From Candidatus Iainarchaeum sp. (GTDB lineage Archaea > Iainarchaeota > Iainarchaeia > Iainarchaeales > 0-14-0-20-30-16): a DNA stretch of 32,000 nt. Position 1 is the stretch's first letter; the number at the start of each line of letters is the position of its first letter. The position numbers and the translations under genes were made by a program. The notes beneath the pieces were generated by a model that worked only from the letters and a program-made list of their open reading frames with translations, was not told where the DNA came from and ran no database searches. Location: contig JAQTTP010000002.1 in the NCBI GenBank assembly GCA_028710695.1, positions 60,001-92,000 of the forward strand, read 5' to 3'. Shown one piece after another: positions 29,878 to 32,000 of this stretch.

Positions 29878-31098
29878 TTACACCTTCTTCTTTTTTTTGA
29901 ATTTCGGCAACTTCTTAAAGGCTAAAAGATCCGTTGTTTCTTTAAGATCTGCTTTTATCTTTTCAGCAAATTCTTTCGTTTTAGAATGTGTTTTTAGATA
30001 CAAAGAAAACAAATGTTGCATCTGCTTTGAAAGATATTTTATAAACTCTTTTCTCATCTCTTCCACAGGTTTCTTTGACAAGATAATAATTCCAAATCCA
30101 ACTACCAAATATAACCAAAAAGAAAATAGCCTATCTATAATTACTACTGACAAAGCCAAAGTACTATCTATTCCTAATACGGATGACAAATATACAAAAG
30201 ATAATTCATACGCACCCAAACCACCGGGAAGCATACTCACATTACCTATTATTTCACATAAAGACCATAAACCCAGAACTATAAAGAAATTTACTTCTAC
30301 ACCAAACATTAAAAACACAAGATAAATCCTTAATGTGCAAATGAATATCTTCAAGACAGATAAAAAAAGGCTTAAGGAAATTGTCTTAAAAGAAATCATT
30401 TCCATCTTTTTAATTTCTTTATAAAACAAGGAAAGAATATTTTTTAAAAAGTTAAAAACTACTGAATCAAAGAATTTAATTTTTATGTTAAATACTTTTA
30501 TGAAATAATAACAAATTATTACAGAAACTACTGATAACAAAATAGCCAATACTATCAATACAATTCTATCCATTATTGATGGAAATGGCAAAAGAACCGA
30601 AGAAATTAGCCCAATTGTCAAAACTGTAATAATATCAAATACATTTTCCATTGCAATGGAAAAAATTACTTGAGAATATTGTATCTTGTAATAATATTTC
30701 AGAATAATAACCCTAAATGCCTCTCCCAAAGGCTTTGGAGGGATTCCCAAGGTTACTGCCAAACCACAGAGATAATAATATATTTGTTTTAAAGAATACT
30801 TTTTTTCGTTGTACAAAGAGTATCGCAAAGATAAAACAAACAACTGCACAATAGATAACACAAAAAACAGCAATAAATAATAAACATTAATTTTTCCATA
30901 ACTAAATATCTCAAAAAATCCGAATTTTGCAAATAAAAACAAAAATATTGCAATTACAACCAGGTACAAAAAAATATATTTTCTAAAATTAGTAAGAGAA
31001 TCTAATTTTTTTGCAAAGACAAAAAGTTTACTGTTGAAGTTTTCAATTATATTTTCAAGAGGCCTTTTGGTTTTTGGTTTGCGAATCATAAAGATCAA
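29878..31098 (-). CDS. UPF0104 / flippase-like lysylphosphatidylglycerol synthase transmembrane family protein
   Basis: Multiple TM helices with TPPKPLGEAFRVIILKYYYKI and SMLPGGLGAYELSFVYL motifs. Confidence 0.85.
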   Translation of the reverse strand: MIFMIRKPKTKRPLENIIENFNSKLFVFAKKLDSLTNFRKYIFLYLVVIAIFLFLFAKFGFFEIFSYGKINVYYLLLFFVLSIVQLFVLSLRYSLYNEKKYSLKQIYYYLCGLAVTLGIPPKPLGEAFRVIILKYYYKIQYSQVIFSIAMENVFDIITVLTIGLISSVLLPFPSIMDRIVLIVLAILLSVVSVIICYYFIKVFNIKIKFFDSVVFNFLKNILSLFYKEIKKMEMISFKTISLSLFLSVLKIFICTLRIYLVFLMFGVEVNFFIVLGLWSLCEIIGNVSMLPGGLGAYELSFVYLSSVLGIDSTLALSVVIIDRLFSFWLYLVVGFGIIILSKKPVEEMRKEFIKYLSKQMQHLFSLYLKTHSKTKEFAEKIKADLKETTDLLAFKKLPKFKKKKKV

Positions 31099-32000
31099 TT
31101 AGAAAAACAAAAACTTCTTTTTAATTCCGCTTTCAATCATTTCAAAAGGGTATGGAGTTACACCACTAATTTTTCTCTTATTTAATCTAGCAACAAGTTT
31201 ATCCAATTTATGTTCTGACAAGGACTCCAGATCAGATCTTTTCTTTGCTTTTAATTCTAAATTGTTAAACAAAGAATCAAACAAAAAGTTTTGTCTATTG
31301 AAATTAAATTTATCTTTTGAACCATACTTGGTTTTCTTTATTGTGTTTCTCACTATTTCATAACCAATGTCAACACTTTTTAAGGATTCAAAAAAGTTTT
31401 CTCCAGAAAAGTTGTTAAATATTCCACCTGCGCTTCCCAGCAACAAGGCTTTATCTCCAACCAAAGTTTTCTTTCCGTTGTAGTTTCCTATTTCTTTATA
31501 TTTTATTTCGCCATCAATAGAATAATTATTTTTCAAAGCAAATTCATCTATACTATCTTTAGACATTTCAGAAGAAACAAAATATCCAGTTTTGCTATCT
31601 ATTGGGCAAACAAACCGATAAAGGCTTTTACATTCATTAGAAATAAAATAATCTATTACTTTAGGGTCAAACTTGCCTTTTAACTGACAATAAACCATTT
31701 TCTTTTTTGCCAAAGAATAATTAAATAACTTATCTCTTACGTTTGAATAAAGGCCATCACAACCAATAACAACATCTGCTTTTCTTAAAGTTCCTTTTCC
31801 TTTCTCTTCAAAAAATACATTGTTATTTGTTTTATTATAGTCAAAAAATCTTGCGGAATGAACTAAGTCTTTTCCTTTGTTTTGAAGTTTTTTATAAAGC
31901 AAATATTCAAAAGTGGACTTATCGTAAATAGAATACATCCCACGAGTGTCTATTTCTGCAATTTTCCCATAAGGGGAATGAAATCTAACCAAATCAACAT
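31099..32000 (-). CDS. FAD-dependent geranylgeranyl-reductase-like protein, partial (N-terminus beyond the right edge)
   Basis: KADVVIGCDGLYSNVRDKL and KTLVGDKALLLGSAGGIFNNFSGENFFESLKS match the flavoprotein family pattern. The N-terminal GxGxxG is off the window. Confidence 0.82.
   Translation of the reverse strand, partial: VDLVRFHSPYGKIAEIDTRGMYSIYDKSTFEYLLYKKLQNKGKDLVHSARFFDYNKTNNNVFFEEKGKGTLRKADVVIGCDGLYSNVRDKLFNYSLAKKKMVYCQLKGKFDPKVIDYFISNECKSLYRFVCPIDSKTGYFVSSEMSKDSIDEFALKNNYSIDGEIKYKEIGNYNGKKTLVGDKALLLGSAGGIFNNFSGENFFESLKSVDIGYEIVRNTIKKTKYGSKDKFNFNRQNFLFDSLFNNLELKAKKRSDLESLSEHKLDKLVARLNKRKISGVTPYPFEMIESGIKKKFLFF

Overview
This window is an AT-rich archaeal chromosomal segment. An archaeal host is supported by the Sm-like protein, archaeal-type TrpRS, HerA-family ATPases, a geranylgeranyl-reductase-like enzyme and TATA-like promoters. 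A DPANN-type lineage is only an inference. Housekeeping genes are a gyrB-gyrA pair with a 4-nt ATGA overlap, membrane pyrophosphatase, trpS, hisS, a bacterial-type thrS and a CofD/YvcK-family protein. I found no rRNA, tRNA, CRISPR or transposon. The most interesting region is about 11.66-18.75 kb on the minus strand. It holds a large HerA-like ATPase, a NYN/PIN-like nuclease, two small uncharacterised proteins (one DUF2226/DUF4388-like, one possibly roadblock-like), a MinD-like ATPase with a C-terminal amphipathic tail, LSm, a second HerA-like paralog and a phosphoribosyltransferase. Other points of interest are a partial CDS at the left edge missing from the ORF track, a structured 5' leader that could sequester a Shine-Dalgarno sequence, a GC-rich intergenic candidate RNA, a TGS-less ThrRS, and a cell-surface cluster with a membrane-anchored wHTH and a coiled-coil transglutaminase-like protein. 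All domain calls are by eye from motifs. No database search was run.
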